Part shown: positions 12,021-24,990 of the stretch, piece by piece
Layout: the number at the start of each line of letters is the position of its first letter
Position numbering within the stretch: position 1 is the stretch's first letter
From: Squalus acanthias
Lineage: Eukaryota
Reading direction: 5' to 3'
DNA length: 64,000 bases
NCBI GenBank assembly: GCA_030390025.1
Contig: JASTWF010000277.1
Coordinates: forward strand, 558,001 to 622,000
The notes under the pieces: model-generated
The model's database searches: none
Told to the model about the DNA's origin: nothing
The model's input: the letters and a program-made list of their open reading frames with translations, nothing else
Translations under genes and position numbers: made by a program

Positions 12021-13960
12021 CCTGAGGATTGGGATCGTTTTAGAAATCAGATAAGAAATTGATAAAGAAAGGGAAAATGGAATATGAGCACAAACTAGTG
12101 AAAAATATAAAAACGGATTGTAAAAGCTTCTACAGGTATGTGAAAAGGCAAAGACTGGCGAAGGTAAATGTAGGTCCTTTACAGTCAGAGACGGGAGAAT
12201 TTATAATGTTGAATGAGGAAATAGCAGAGAAATTAAATAAATACTTTGTTAATGTCTTCACGGAGGAAGACACAAAAAACCTCCCAGAAATACAAGAAAA
12301 CCAAGGGTGTGACGAGAATGACGAACTTAAAGAAATTATTATTAGTAACAAAAACAGTACTAGCAAAATTAATGGAACTAAAAGCCCATAAATCCCAAGG
12401 ACCTTGACCTACATCCTAGGGTTTTTGAAAGAGGTGGTCATTTGGATACTGGACGCATTGGTTATCATCTTCCAAAATTCTATAGATTCTGCAACGGTTC
12501 CTGCAGATTGGAGGATTGCAAATGTAACCCCATATTTAAGAAAGGAGGGAGAGAGAAAACGGAGAACTACAGACCTGTTAGCCTCATATCAGTAGTTGAG
12601 AATATGTTGGAATCTATTATAAAGGATAACTGGGCACTTAGAAACTAATAGTAAGATTGGGTAGAGTCAACATGGAATTATGAAAGAGAAATACTGTTTA
12701 ACAAACCTATTAGAGTTCTTTGAGGATGTAACTAGTGGAGTAGACAAAGGTGAACCGGTAGATGTGGTGTTTTTGGATTTTCAGAAGGCCTTCGATAAGG
12801 TCCCACACAAGAGGTTGGTGAACAAAATTAAGGCACATGGAATTGGGGTAATATACTAGCATGGATTGAGAATTGGTTAACAGACAGATAACAAAGAGTA
12901 GGGATTAACGGGTCTTTTTCAGGATGGCAGGTTGTGACTAATGGGGTAACGCAAGGGTCGCTGATTGGGCCCCAGCTATTCACAATCTGTATCAATGATT
13001 TGGATGAGGGAACTAAATGTAACATTTCCAAATTTGCTGATGATACAAAGCGAGGTGTCCGTGTCAGTTGTGAAGAGGATGTGAAGAGGGTTCAAGGGGA
13101 TCTCGACAGGCTCAGTGAGTGAGCGAGAACATGGCAGATGGAATATAATGTGGATAATGTGAAGTTATCCACTTTGGTAGAAAAAAAAGGAAGAGTATTT
13201 CCTAAATGGTGAAAGATTGGGGAATGCAGATGCTCAAAGGGACCTGCGTGTCCTTGTACATGAGTCACTGAAAGTGAATGTGCAGGTACAGCAAGCTATT
13301 AGGAAGGCAAATGGTATGCTGACCCTCATTCGAAGAGGATTTGAGTACAGGAGTAAAGAGTCTTACTCCAATTATATCGAGCCTTGGTGAGACAACACCT
13401 GGAGTACTGTGCACAATTTTGGTCTCCTTACCTAATGAAGGATAAACTTGCCATGGAGGGAGTGCACCGAAGGCTCACGAGGTTGATTCCTGGGATGGCG
13501 GGACTGTCGTATGAGAAGAGATTGAATAAACTAGTCCTGTATTCTCTTGAATTCAGAAGTATGAGAGGGGATCTCATTGAAGCATACAAAATTATTACAG
13601 CGCTTGATAGGGTGGATGCTAGGAGAATGTTTCCCTTGGTTGTGGAGTCTATAACCAGGGACCACAGCCTCAGGATAAAGGGTAGGCCATTCAGGACTGA
13701 GATGAGAAGAAATTTCTTCACACAGAGGGTCATGAATCTTTGGAATTCTCTACCCCAGAGGGCTGAAGAGGCTCAGTCATTGGGTATATTCAAAACAGAA
13801 GTCGATATATTTCTGACTGGTAAGGGCATCAGGGGATATGGCGATAGGGACGGTGAATGGAGTTTAAGCAGAAGATCAGCCATGATCTCATTGAATGCTG
13901 GAGCAGGCTCGAAGGGCCTAATGGCCTACTCCTGCTACTATTTCTTAAGTTCTTATGTTC
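12021..13960 (+). mobile_element. Degenerate 5'-truncated CR1 LINE
   Basis: Frameshifted ORF2 pieces (KSFYRYVKR, NYRPVSL, KFADDTK, HLEYCAQFWSP, RRNFFTQRV) and CR1 3' hairpin/tail. Confidence 0.93.
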
Positions 13961-14860
13961 TCCCTTGTCTGTCTCCGCCCGTCTGTCTAACCATCTGTCT
14001 CTCTCGCTGTCTCCCCTCTGACTCCCTCCCATCTGTCTTCACTCTATTTGTTTTTTTCTCTCTGTCTCTCCCACGTCTGTCTCACAGCGTCTTTCTCGCT
14101 CGCAGTCTTACCGCCCACGTCTGCCTATCGCTTTCAGTCTCAATGACGTCTAATCTCTTTCAGTTTCCCCTTCTGTCTACCCTGCATGTCTCTCGCTTCT
14201 GCCTCTTCCTGTCTAAACCCGCGCCCCGCAACGCTATCTCTCTCTATCTTCCCCATCTGACTCCCCGCATATTTATCCATCTGTCTCGCTCTCACTGTCG
14301 ACACCCTTCAGTCGCACGCTTTATTTTCACGCCCCCGCGGATCCACCCGTCTGCCTTCACATGTCTGTCTCTCCCTCTGTTTCCCTTGTCTGTCTCTCCC
14401 TCTTTTTGCCTTGTCTGGCATACCCTCTGTTTCCCTTGTCTGTCTCTCCCTCTGTTTCCCTTGTCTGTCTCTCCCTCTCTTTCTCTTGTCTGTCTCTCCC
14501 TCTCTTTCCCTTGTCTGTCTCTTTCTCTGTTTCCCTTGTCTGTCTCTCCCTCTGTTTCCCTTGTCTGTCTCTCCCTCTGTTTCCCTTGTCTGTCTCTCTC
14601 TCTGTTCCCCTTGTCTGGCACTCCCTCTGTTTCCCTTGTCTATCTCTCCCTCTCTTTCGCTTGTCTGTCTCTCCCTTTCTCTCTGTCTCTCTCATTTGTC
14701 TTCATCAGTCACTCTCCCCCCATTCTTCTCTGCCCTGTCCCTGATATATCACTCTCGCTCTGTCTCCCCTCTCTGTCTTCATCTGCCTCCCTTCCATCTT
14801 CCTCTCCGATCTGCTACCTCCCATCTGTCATCCCCGTTTGACTCCACCATCTGCCACTCT
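13961..14860. repeat. CT-rich tract containing a 25-bp repeat (TCTGTCTCTCCCTCTGTTTCCCTTG)n at ~14360-14680
   Basis: Direct reading of the unit. Confidence 0.85.
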
Positions 14861-15089
14861 CTTTGCTATCGATCAGACACGCACCACACAGCCGGATCAG
14901 AGGCTGAACATCGTCAACCACATGTGCTGAATAGAATCTCGACTTGAATATAACTAATTTACAATTTAATTAAAAGCATGTAAAACAATGCTTCAGGCTG
15001 TTCTATTATGTTGGGTGCAGTGGAATATCACATTTCTACATCAAAGCGAACAACACATGCTTGCTCTCAATTCTATGTAATTCCATGTA

Positions 15090-16030
15090 AAGGGAAGAAT
15101 TTCTCTGACAGAACCCGGGAGGACAGTGTGTGATTGACAGATGCAGGTTCTTTGCAGGGAGATAAGTGCAGGAAGTTCTCTGACAGAACCCGGGTGGAGA
15201 GTGTGTGATTGACAGATGCAGGCTCTTTGCTGCGAGATAAATGCAGGAAGTTCTCTGACAGAATCTGGGAGGAGAGTGTGTGATTGACAGATGCAGGCTC
15301 TTTGCAGCGAGATAAGTGCAGGAAGTTCTCTGACAGAACCCGGGAGGAGAGTGTGTGATTGACAGATGCAGGCTCTTTGCAGAGAGAGAAATCAAGGAAG
15401 TTCTCTGACAGAAACCGGGAGGAGAGTGGGTGATTGTCAGATGCTGGCTCTTTGCAGAGTGATAAGTGCAGGAAGTTCTCTGACAGAACCCGGGAGGAGA
15501 GTGTGTGATTGACAGATGCAGGCTCTTTGCAGAGAGAGAAATCAAGGAAGTTCTCTGACAGAAACCGGGAGGAGAGTGGGTGATTGTCAGATGCTGGCTC
15601 TTTGCAGAGTGATAAGTGCAGGAAGTTCTCTGACAGAACCCGGGAGGAGAGTGTGTGATTGACAGATGCAGGCTCTTTGCAGAGAGAGAAATGCAGGAAG
15701 TTCTCTGACAGAACCCGGGAGGAGAGTGTGTGATTGACAGATTCAGGCTCTTTGCAGAGTGATAAATGCAGGAAGTTCTCTGACAGAACCCGGGAGGAGA
15801 GTGTGTGATTGACAGATGCAGGCTCTTGCAGGGAGATAAGTGCAGGAAGTTCTCTGACAGAACCCGGGAGGAGGGTCTGTGTTTGAAACTGCTGACTCTT
15901 TGCAGAGAGAGAAATGCAGGAAGTTTTCTGACATTTCCCTAGAAAAAGTGTTTATGTTTGACAGCTGCAGACTGCATGTAGAGCGATCAGTGCAGGAAGT
16001 TCTATAACAGTTCCTGGGAGGAGAGTGTGT
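15090..16030. repeat. 75-bp satellite, variant A
   Basis: Unit GCAGGAAGTTCTCTGACAGAACCCGGGAGGAGAGTGTGTGATTGACAGATGCAGGCTCTTTGCAGAGAGATAAGT; 25-aa periodic pseudo-ORF. Confidence 0.93.
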
Positions 16031-16049
16031 TCAAAGTATTCATAAGTAT

Positions 16050-16740
16050 TTTCAGCAGAGAAAGTGGCCATTCAACCCAACAGGTTTCTGCTCCACAATA
16101 ACTTCTTCGCACCCATCTCCATCTAACCGCATCCAGATATCCTTCTATTCCTTTCTCCCACATGTGTTTATATTTTGCTTCCCTTTAAATGCATCTATGC
16201 TATTCACCTCAAATTTAATTAACTTCTCTGCATTACAATTTTACCGCTCTACAAACGTTGCCCAGTGCTTTTTTTTTAGAGGATCTATTTACCTGCGTCG
16301 CTATCTTTACTGATGTTGTTTCTGTACATCAGATATCAATGTTCCTCTACCCCATTTAGAAACTTACCATCCAAGGAGTCCACTTCGTTTAAGTAAATAG
16401 AGAACAACCGTGGTCCCAGCATCGATCCCACCATTTTACAATCTGAATAATTCCCTTTAGTCCCTATTCTCTGTGTGTTGCTTTGTTGCAGCTGGCTGTC
16501 CATTCTACTACTTGTCCCCTGACTCCACATGTTCTGACCTTAGCGTTCAGTGTATTATGCGGTACATCAACAAAGGTATTTTGAAATTCAAAAATATTAC
16601 GGCCACTGAATTAATCTGATCTGCCTTTCTGGTACTTCTTCAAATAATTCAATAAGGCTGGTCAAGCATGTCCACCCATTTGTAATCCGTGCTGGCTACT
16701 CTTTCTCATACTTCAGTTTCTAGATGATTATCTATTACAG
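16050..16740 (-). mobile_element. Old CR1 fragments (3' tail and RT piece)
   Basis: ggccattcaaccc tail-like motif and an LGPRLFSIYLN RT remnant. Confidence 0.6.
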
Positions 16741-16779
16741 CACAGAATAAGAAAACTATCACTTTCCAACAGCAGCAGA

Positions 16780-17780
16780 CTTTGAGCAGAGAGATAAGTG
16801 TAAGATGTTTCCTAATAGTTAACGGGAGACAGTTTATGATAAACAGCTACAGAGTGCATGCAGATTGATCAGTGTAGAAATATCTCTGATAGTTCCCGGG
16901 AGCAGTGTGTGTGATTGGTAGCTGCCTATTTTAGGCACATTGATCAGTGTATTAATGTCTCTGATAGTTTCCGGGAACAGTGTGTGTGATTGGTAGCTGC
17001 CTATTTTAGGCACATTGATCAGTGTAGAAATGTATCTGATATTTCCCGGGAGCAGTGTGTGTGATTGGTAGCTGACTATTTTAGGCAAATTGATCAGTGT
17101 ATTAATGTCTCTGATAGTTCCCAGGAGCAGTGTGTGTGATTGGTAGCTGCCTATTTTAGGCAGATTGATCAGTGTAGAAATGTCCCTGATAGTTCCCGGG
17201 AGCAGTGTGTGTGATTGGTAGCTGCCTATTTTAGGCACATTGATCAGTGTAGAAATGTCCCTGATAGTTCCCGGGAGCAGTGTGTGTGATTGGTAGCTGC
17301 CTATTTTAGGCACATTGATCAGTGTATTAATGTTACTGATAGTTTCCGGGAACAGTGTGTGTGATTGGTAGCTGACTATTTTAGGCACATTGATCAGTGT
17401 ATTAATGTCTCTGATAGTTTACGGGAACAGTGTGTGTGATTGGTAGCTGCCTATTTTAGGCACATTGATCAGTGCAGAAATGTATCTGATATTTCCCGGG
17501 AGCAGTGTGTGTGATTGGTAGCTGCCTATTTTAGGCACATTGATCAGTGTAGAAATGTCCCTGATAGTTTCCGGGAGCAGTGTGTGTGATTGGTAGCTGA
17601 CTATTTTAGGCAGATTGATCAGTGTATTAATGTATCTGATAGTTCCCAGGAGCAGTGTGTGTGATTGGTATCTGCCTATTTTAGACAGATTGATCAGTGC
17701 AGAAATGTCTCTGATAGTTCCTGGGAGCAGTGTGTGTGATTGGTAGCTGCCTATTTTAGGCAAGTTGATCAGTGTAGAAA
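16780..17780. repeat. 75-bp satellite, variant B (left part, interrupted by CR1)
   Basis: Unit TTGATCAGTGTAGAAATGTCCCTGATAGTTCCCGGGAGCAGTGTGTGTGATTGGTAGCTGCCTATTTTAGGCACA; resumes in register at ~24991. Confidence 0.93.
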
Positions 17781-17880
17781 TATAGAAATATAGAAACATA
17801 GAAAATAGGTACAGGAGTAAACCATTCGGTCCTTCGAGACTGCACCGCCATTCAATGCGTTCATGGCTGAACATGCTACC

Positions 17881-20816
17881 TCAGTACCCCATTCCTGCTT
17901 TCTCGCCATACCCCTTGATCCCCCTAGTTGTGAGTGTTGTATCGAACTCCCTTTTGAATATATTTAGCGAACTGGCCTCAACAACCTTCTGTGGAAGGGA
18001 ATTCCATAGATTCACCAATCTCTGGGTGAAGAAGTTCCTCCTCAGCTCAGTCTTAAATGGCTTCCCCTTAATCCTTAGACTGTGACCCCTGGTTCTAGTT
18101 TTCCCTAACATTGGGAACATTCTGCCCGCATCTAATTTGTCTAAACCAGGCAGGATTTTAAATGTCTCTGTAAGATCCCCCCTCATTCTTCTGAACTCCA
18201 AAGGATACAAGTTCAGTTGACCCAATCTTTCTTGATATGTCAGTCCGGCCATCCCAGGAATCAATCTAGTGAACCTTCGCTGCACTCCCTCAATAGCAAG
18301 AATGTCCTTCCTTAAGTTAGGATCCCAAAACTGCGCACAATACTCCAGGTGTGGCCTCACCAAGGCCCTGTACAACTGCAGCATCACCTCCCTACTCCTG
18401 TACTCAAATCCCCTTGCTATGAAGGCCATCATTCCGTTTGCTTTCTTGACTGCCTGCTGCACTTGCATTCCCATCTTCAGTGACTGATGTACCATGACGT
18501 CCAGGTCTCGTTGCACCTCCCCTTTCCCTAATCTGCCACCATTCAGGTAATAGTCCGCCTCTCTATTTTTACCACCAAAGTGGATAACCTCACATTTATC
18601 CACATTGTACTTCATCTGCCATACATTTGCCCATTCACCCAACCTGTCCAAGTCACTCTGTAGCCTCCTAGCATCCTCCTCATTGTTCACACTGCCTCCC
18701 AATTTAGTGTCATCCGCAAATTTGGAGATATTACATTTAATCCCTTCGTCCAAATCATTAATATATAATGTAAACAGCTGGGGTCCTAGCACCGAACCCT
18801 GCTGTACCCCGCTGGTCACTGCCTGCCATTCTGAAAAGTACCCATTTACTCCTACTCTTTGTTTCCTGTGTGCCAACCAGTTCTCAATCCACATCAACAC
18901 ATTACACCCAATCCCATGTGCTTTAACTTTGCTCACCAATCTCTTGTGTGGGACCTTGTCGAAGGCCTTCTGAAAGTCCAAATACACCACATCTACTGGT
19001 TCCCCTCTGTCCACCCTATTGGAAACATCCTCAAAAAATTCCAGAAGATTTGTCAAGCATGATTTCCCTTTCACAAATCCATGCTGACTTGGACCTATCA
19101 TGTCGCCACTTACCAAATGGTCTGTAATGACATCTTTAATAATTGCTTCCATCATTTTACCCACCACCGATGTCTGGCTGACCGGTCTATAATTCCCTTC
19201 TTTCTCCCTCCCTCCCTTTTTAAAAAGAGGGGTTACATTCGCCACCCTCCACTCCATCGGAACTGATCCAGAGTCTAAGGAATGTTGGAAAATGATCGCC
19301 AATGCATCCACTATTTCCAAGGCCACCTCCTTAAGTACTCTGGGATGCAGACCATCAGGCCCCGGGGATTTTTCAGCCTTCAGTCCCATCAATTTCCCCA
19401 ATACCTTTTCCCGACAAATTAGGATTTCCCTCAGCTCCTCCCTCTTACCAGATCCTCTGACGCCTTTTATTTCCGGCAGGTTGTGTGTGTCCTCCACAGT
19501 AAACACCGAACCAAAGTACTTGTTCAATTGATCAGCCATTTCCTTGTTCCCCATTACGATTTCCCCTGTTTCCGACTGCAGGGGACCTACGTTTGTTTTT
19601 ACTAACCTCTTTCTTTTTACATATTTATAGAAGCTTTTGCAGTCCATTTTAATGTTCTCTGCAAGCTTCCTTTCATATTTTATTTTCCCTGCCCTAATCA
19701 AACCCTTCGTCCTCCTCTGCTGAGTTTTGAAGTTCTCCCAGTCCCCGGGTTTGCTGCTACTTCTGGCCAATTTGTATGCAAATTCCTTGGTTTTAATACT
19801 ATCCCTGATTTCCCTTGTTAGCCATGGTTGAGCCACCATCCCTTTTTTATTTTTACGCCAGACCGGGATGTACAATTGTTGTAGTTCATCCATGCGATCT
19901 CTAAATGTCTGCCATTGCCCTTCCACTGATAGCCCCTTAAATATCGCTTGCCAATTTAACCTCGCCAATTCACGCCTCATACCATCAAAGTTGCCCTTAT
20001 TTAAGTTCTGGACCATGGTCTCTGACTTAACTGTTTCCTTCTCCATCCTCATGTAGAACTCCACCATACTATGGTCACTCTTCCCCAGGGGGCATCGTAC
20101 CACAAGATTGCTGATTAGTCCTTCCTCATTACACAACACCCAGTCCAGGATGTCCTCCCCTCGAGTTGGTTCCTCAACATATTGGTTTAGGAAACCATCC
20201 CTTAAACACTCCAGGAAATCCTCCTCCACCGTATTGCTTCCAGTTTGAGTAGCCCAATCTATATGCATATTAAAGTCACCCATGATAACTGCCGTGCCTT
20301 TTTTGCACGCACCTCTGATTTCCGGTTTCATACCCTCCCCCACCTCACTACTGCTGTTTGGAGGTCTGTACACAACTCCCACTAACGTTTTCTGCCCTTT
20401 GGTGTTCTGCAGCTCAACCCATATTGATTCCACATCCTCCAAGCTGATGTCCTTCCTAGCTATTGCATTAATCTCCTCTTTAACCAGCAATGCTACCCCA
20501 CCCCATTTTCCTTTTATTCTATCTTTTGTGAATGTTGAATACCCCTGGATGTTCAGTTCTCAGCCTTGATTGTTCTGGAGCCATGTCTCTGTAACCCAAT
20601 CACATCGTATCCATTAACATCTATTTGCACAGTCAATTCATCCACCTTATTACGGATACTCCTTGCATTAAGACACAGAGCCTTTAGGCTTGTTTTATTA
20701 ACATCCTTTGTCCTTTTAGACTTATGATTTAGTATGGCCCTTTGTGTTTCTTGCCTTTGTTTACTCGGCCTTCCCCTATTGTTTCTCACCCTTCTAACAT
20801 TTGTTTCTGACTGCAT
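17881..20816 (-). CDS. CR1 ORF2 (APE endonuclease + reverse transcriptase), one frameshift near 20595
   Basis: CLNARSIRNKVDEL then (frameshift) [32 protein letters not shown] and FADDTK; the 869-aa open part is 17881-20490. Confidence 0.93.
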
Positions 20817-20863
20817 ATTACTTCCCCTTGTTTCGCTACATAGGTTCCCATTCCCCTGCCATA

Positions 20864-21808
20864 TTAGTTTAAATCATTCCGAACTGCATTAGCAAATATT
20901 ACCCCGAGGACATCGGTTCCAGTCCTGCCCAAGTGCAGACCATCCCTTTTGTACAGGTCCCACTTCCCCCAGAACTGGTTGCAATGCCTCAGGAATTTGA
21001 AACCCTCCCTCCTGCACCACTGCTCAAGCCACGTATTCAATCTCACTATCCTGTTCTCTCTATTCTGATTAGCACGTGGCCCTGGTAGCAATCCAGAGAT
21101 TACTACCTTATAGGTCCTACTTTTTAATTTAGCTCCTAGCTCCCTAAATTCTGCTTGTAGGACCTCTTCCCGCTTTTTACCTATATCGTTGGTACCGACA
21201 TGCACCACGACAGCTGGCTGTTCACCCTCCCTCTTCAGAATGTTCTGCAGCCGCTCCGAGACATCTTTGACCCTTGCACCAGGGAGGCAACATACCATCC
21301 TGGAATCTCGGTTGCGGCCACAGAAATTCCTGTCTATTCCCCTTACAATTGAGTCCCCTATCACTATAGCCCTACCACTCTTTTTCCCGCCCTTCTGTGC
21401 AGCAGAGCCAGCCATGGTGCCATGAACCTGGCTGCTGGTGCCTTCCCCTGGTAGGCCATCTCCCCCAACAGTATCCAAAGCGGCATACCTGTTTTGGAGG
21501 GAGAAGACCACAGGGGACTCCTGTACTACCTTCCTGATATTGCCCTGCTTCTTTGTCACCCATTCACTGTCTGTCCTAGCCTTTACCTGCGGTGTGGACA
21601 ACTCACTAAATGAGCGATTCACCGAGTTCTCAGCATCGTGCATGCTCCAGAGTGAGTCCACCCGCAGCTCCAGCACCGCCATGCGGGCTGTCAGGAGCTG
21701 CAGCTGGACGCACTTCCCGCACACGTAGCTGTCAGGGACACTGGAAGTGTCCCTGGTTTCCCACATTGCACAGGAGGAGCATGAAACGGGTCCGAGACTT
21801 CCTGTCAT
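20864..21808 (-). CDS. CR1 ORF1 (zinc finger/leucine zipper + SGNH esterase domain), 314 aa
   Basis: CSSC...CGKC, heptad leucines, GDSIVRG, CLPGA, HVGTND and DGLH motifs. Confidence 0.93.
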   Translation of the reverse strand: MTGSLGPVSCSSCAMWETRDTSSVPDSYVCGKCVQLQLLTARMAVLELRVDSLWSMHDAENSVNRSFSELSTPQVKARTDSEWVTKKQGNIRKVVQESPVVFSLQNRYAALDTVGGDGLPGEGTSSQVHGTMAGSAAQKGGKKSGRAIVIGDSIVRGIDRNFCGRNRDSRMVCCLPGARVKDVSERLQNILKREGEQPAVVVHVGTNDIGKKREEVLQAEFRELGAKLKSRTYKVVISGLLPGPRANQNRENRIVRLNTWLEQWCRREGFKFLRHCNQFWGKWDLYKRDGLHLGRTGTDVLGVIFANAVRNDLN

Positions 21809-22161
21809 GACTTATCCCTTATGTTACTTTATTACTAAAATTTAAACTTATTTATCTTAGGTCCAGGAGTTAAGTCCCTGAAAACAAATATAAAATCAAA
21901 CCTACCTTTTAAATTCCCTCTACCCCTAATGGTTAGAGGAGGTGGGAGGGTGGGTGTCACTACTAGGGTAGTGTCTCGGCTTTAGCAACCGCTCCACCTA
22001 TATACGGGTACCAATGAATTGGCCCCGCCCCCTGCCTTTGAAAAAGCCCGCGAAGCTCTTTCCCCGCTGGGGAAAAAGTCCACGTCGGTGAGTTTAATGA
22101 CTCCCCTCAGGCCTCCGCCGCTCCAACCAGGACCGCCCCTCCCTCCCCGCTGCCGACCGCT

Positions 22162-24940
22162 ATACATAGAACAGTACAGCACAGTACAGGCCCTTCGGCC
22201 CTCGATGTTGTGCCGAGCATTGTCCGAGACCAAGATCAAGCTATCACACTCCCTATCACTCTGGTGTGCTCCATGTGCTTATCCAATAACCGCTTGAAAG
22301 TTCCTAAAGTGTCCGACTCCACTATCACAGCAGGCAGTCCATTCCACACCCCAACCACTCTCTGAGTAAAGAATCTACCTCGGACATCCTTTTTATATCT
22401 CCCCCCATGCACCTTATAGTTATGCCCCCTTGTAACAGCTGCGTCTACCCGAGGAAATAGTCTCTGAACATCCACTCTATCTATCCCCCTCATCATCTTA
22501 TAAACCTCTATTACGTCGCCTCTCATCCTCCTCCGCTCTAAAGAGAAAAGCCCCAACTCCCTCAATCTTTCTTCATAAGACCTCCCCCCCAAACCAGGCA
22601 GCATCCTGGTAAATCTCCTTTGCACTCTTTCCAATGCTTCTACGTCCTTCCTATAGTGAGGTGACCAGAACTGCACACAATATTCCAAATGTGGTCTCAC
22701 CAAGGTCCTGTACAGTTGTAGCATAACCTCACGGTTCTTAAACTCAAACCCTCTGTTAATAAACGCCAACACACCATAGGCCTTCTTTACTGCTCTATCC
22801 ACTTCAGTGGCAACCTTCAGAGATCTGTGGATATGAACCCCCAGATCCCTCTGCTCCTCCACGTTCCTCAGAACCCTGCCGTTGACCCTGTAATCCTTAT
22901 TCAAATTTGCCCTACCAAAATGAATCACCTCGCACTTATCAGGGTTAAATTCCATCTGCCATTTTTCGGCCCAGCTCTGCATCCTATCAATGTCTCTTTG
23001 CAGCCTACAACTGCCCTCCACCTCATCCACTACTCCACCAATCTTGGTGTCATCAGCAAATTTACTGATCCACCCTTCAGTCCCCTCCTCCAAGTCATTT
23101 ATAAAAATCACAAACAGCAGAGGACCCAGCACCGACCCCTGTGGCACACCGCTGGTAACTGGTCTCCAGTCCGAAAATGTTCCATCCACCACCACCCTCT
23201 GCCTTCTATGAGATAGCCAGTTACTTATCCAATCGGCCAAATTTCCCTCTATCCCACAACTCCTTACTTTCTTCATGAGACGACCATGGGGAACCTTATC
23301 AAACGCCTTACTAAAATCCATGTATACGACATCAACTGCTCTACCTTCATCTACACACTTAGTTACCTCCTCAAAGAATTCAATCAAATTTGTTAGGCAA
23401 GACTTACCCTTCACGAATCCGTGTTGACTATCCCTGATTAAGTTGCCCCTTTCCAAATGGTCATAAATCCTATCCCTCAGGACTTTTCCATTATCTTACC
23501 AACCACCGAAGTAAGACTAACCGGACTATAATTACCAGGGTCATTCCTATTTCCTTTCTTGAAGAGAGAAACAACATTCGCCACTCTCCAGTCCTCTGGC
23601 ACCATCCCCGTGGACAGTGAGGACCCAAAGATCAAAGCCAGAGGCTCTGCAATCTCCTCCCTTGCCTCCCAAAGAATCCTAGGATATATCCCATCTGGCC
23701 AGGGGTCTTATCGACCCTCAGGTTCTTCAAAATTGCTAAAACATCTTCCCTCAGAACATCTACCACCTCCAGCCTATCCACCTTTATCACACTCTCATCC
23801 TGAAGAACATGGCCCCTCTCCTCGGTGAACACTGACGAAAAGTATTCATTCATCACCTCTCCTATCTCTTCTAACTCCATGCACAAGTTCCCACTACTGT
23901 CCTTGACCGGCCCTACCCTCACCCTGGTCATTCTTTTAAATCTCACATAAGAGTAAAAAGCCTTGGCGTTTTTCTTGATCCGACCCGCCAAGGACTTCTC
24001 ATGCCCCCTCCTAGCTCTCCTAAGCTCTTTTTTTAGCTCATTCCTTGCTACCTTGTACCCCTCAATCGAAACAACTGAACCTTGTTTTCTCATCCTTACA
24101 TACGCTTCCTTTTTCCTCTTGACTAGACATTCAACCTCTTTTGTGAACCATGGTTCTCTCACTCGGCCATTTCCTCCCTGCCTGACAGGGACATACCTAT
24201 CAAGGACACGCAGTAATTGCTCCATGAAAAAGCTCCACTTTTCGTTTGTGCCTTTCCCTGATAGTTTCTGTTCCCATCTTATACTCCCTAATTCTTGCCT
24301 AATCGCATCATAATTACCCCTCCCCCAATTATAAACCCTGCCCTGCCGTATGGCCCTATCCCTCCCCATTGCAATAGTGAAAGTTACCGAATTGTGGTCA
24401 CTATCTCCAAAGTGCTCTCCCACATACAAATCAAACACTTGGCCCGGTTCATTACCCAGTACCAAATCCAACGTGCCCCCACCTCTTGTCGGCCTATCCA
24501 CATATTGTGTCAGGAAACCCTCCTGCACACACTGTGCAAAAACTATCCCATCCGAACTGTTTGACCTATAAAGGTTCCAATCAATATTTGGAAAGTTGAA
24601 GTCACCCATGACAACTACTCTGTGACCTCCACACCTATTCATAAGCTGCTTTGCAATTTCTTCCTCCACATCTTTATTACTATTTGGGGTCCTGTGGAAA
24701 ACTCCTAACAACTTGACCGCTCCTTTCCTATTTCTAACTTCAGCCCATATTACCTCAGACGGCAGATCCCCCTCGAACTGCCTTTCTGCCGCTGTTAAAC
24801 TATCCTTGATTAACAATGCTACTCCTCCACCTTTCTTACCAACTTCCCTACTCTTACTGAAACATCTATACCCCGGAACTTCCAACAACCATTCCTGTCC
24901 CTGCTCTAACCATGTCTCCGTAATGGCCACCACATCGTAG
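22162..24940 (-). mobile_element. 5'-truncated CR1 of a second subfamily, abutting or nested in the 5' UTR of the full-length CR1
   Basis: ORF2 pieces 23632-24933 (VAITETW, GDFN, SDH) and 22236-23456 (RT, FADDTK); different 3' tail (gtactgttctatgta). Confidence 0.93.
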
Positions 24941-24990
24941 TGGGAGAGAGAAAGAAAGAAAGGCTCCTCCTACACCGCTGTCGACGCTGA

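Larger units (their letters stand above)
17776..22161 (-). mobile_element. Full-length, nearly intact CR1 LINE (GC-rich 5' UTR, ORF1, ORF2, TTTCTAT-type tail)
   Basis: Both ORFs present; 3' microsatellite tail at 17776-17805. Confidence 0.96.

Noticed and set aside
9743-14947. Long Ser/Leu/Pro/Cys-rich ORFs
   Set aside because: Products of CT-rich low-complexity DNA, or read-through from a CR1
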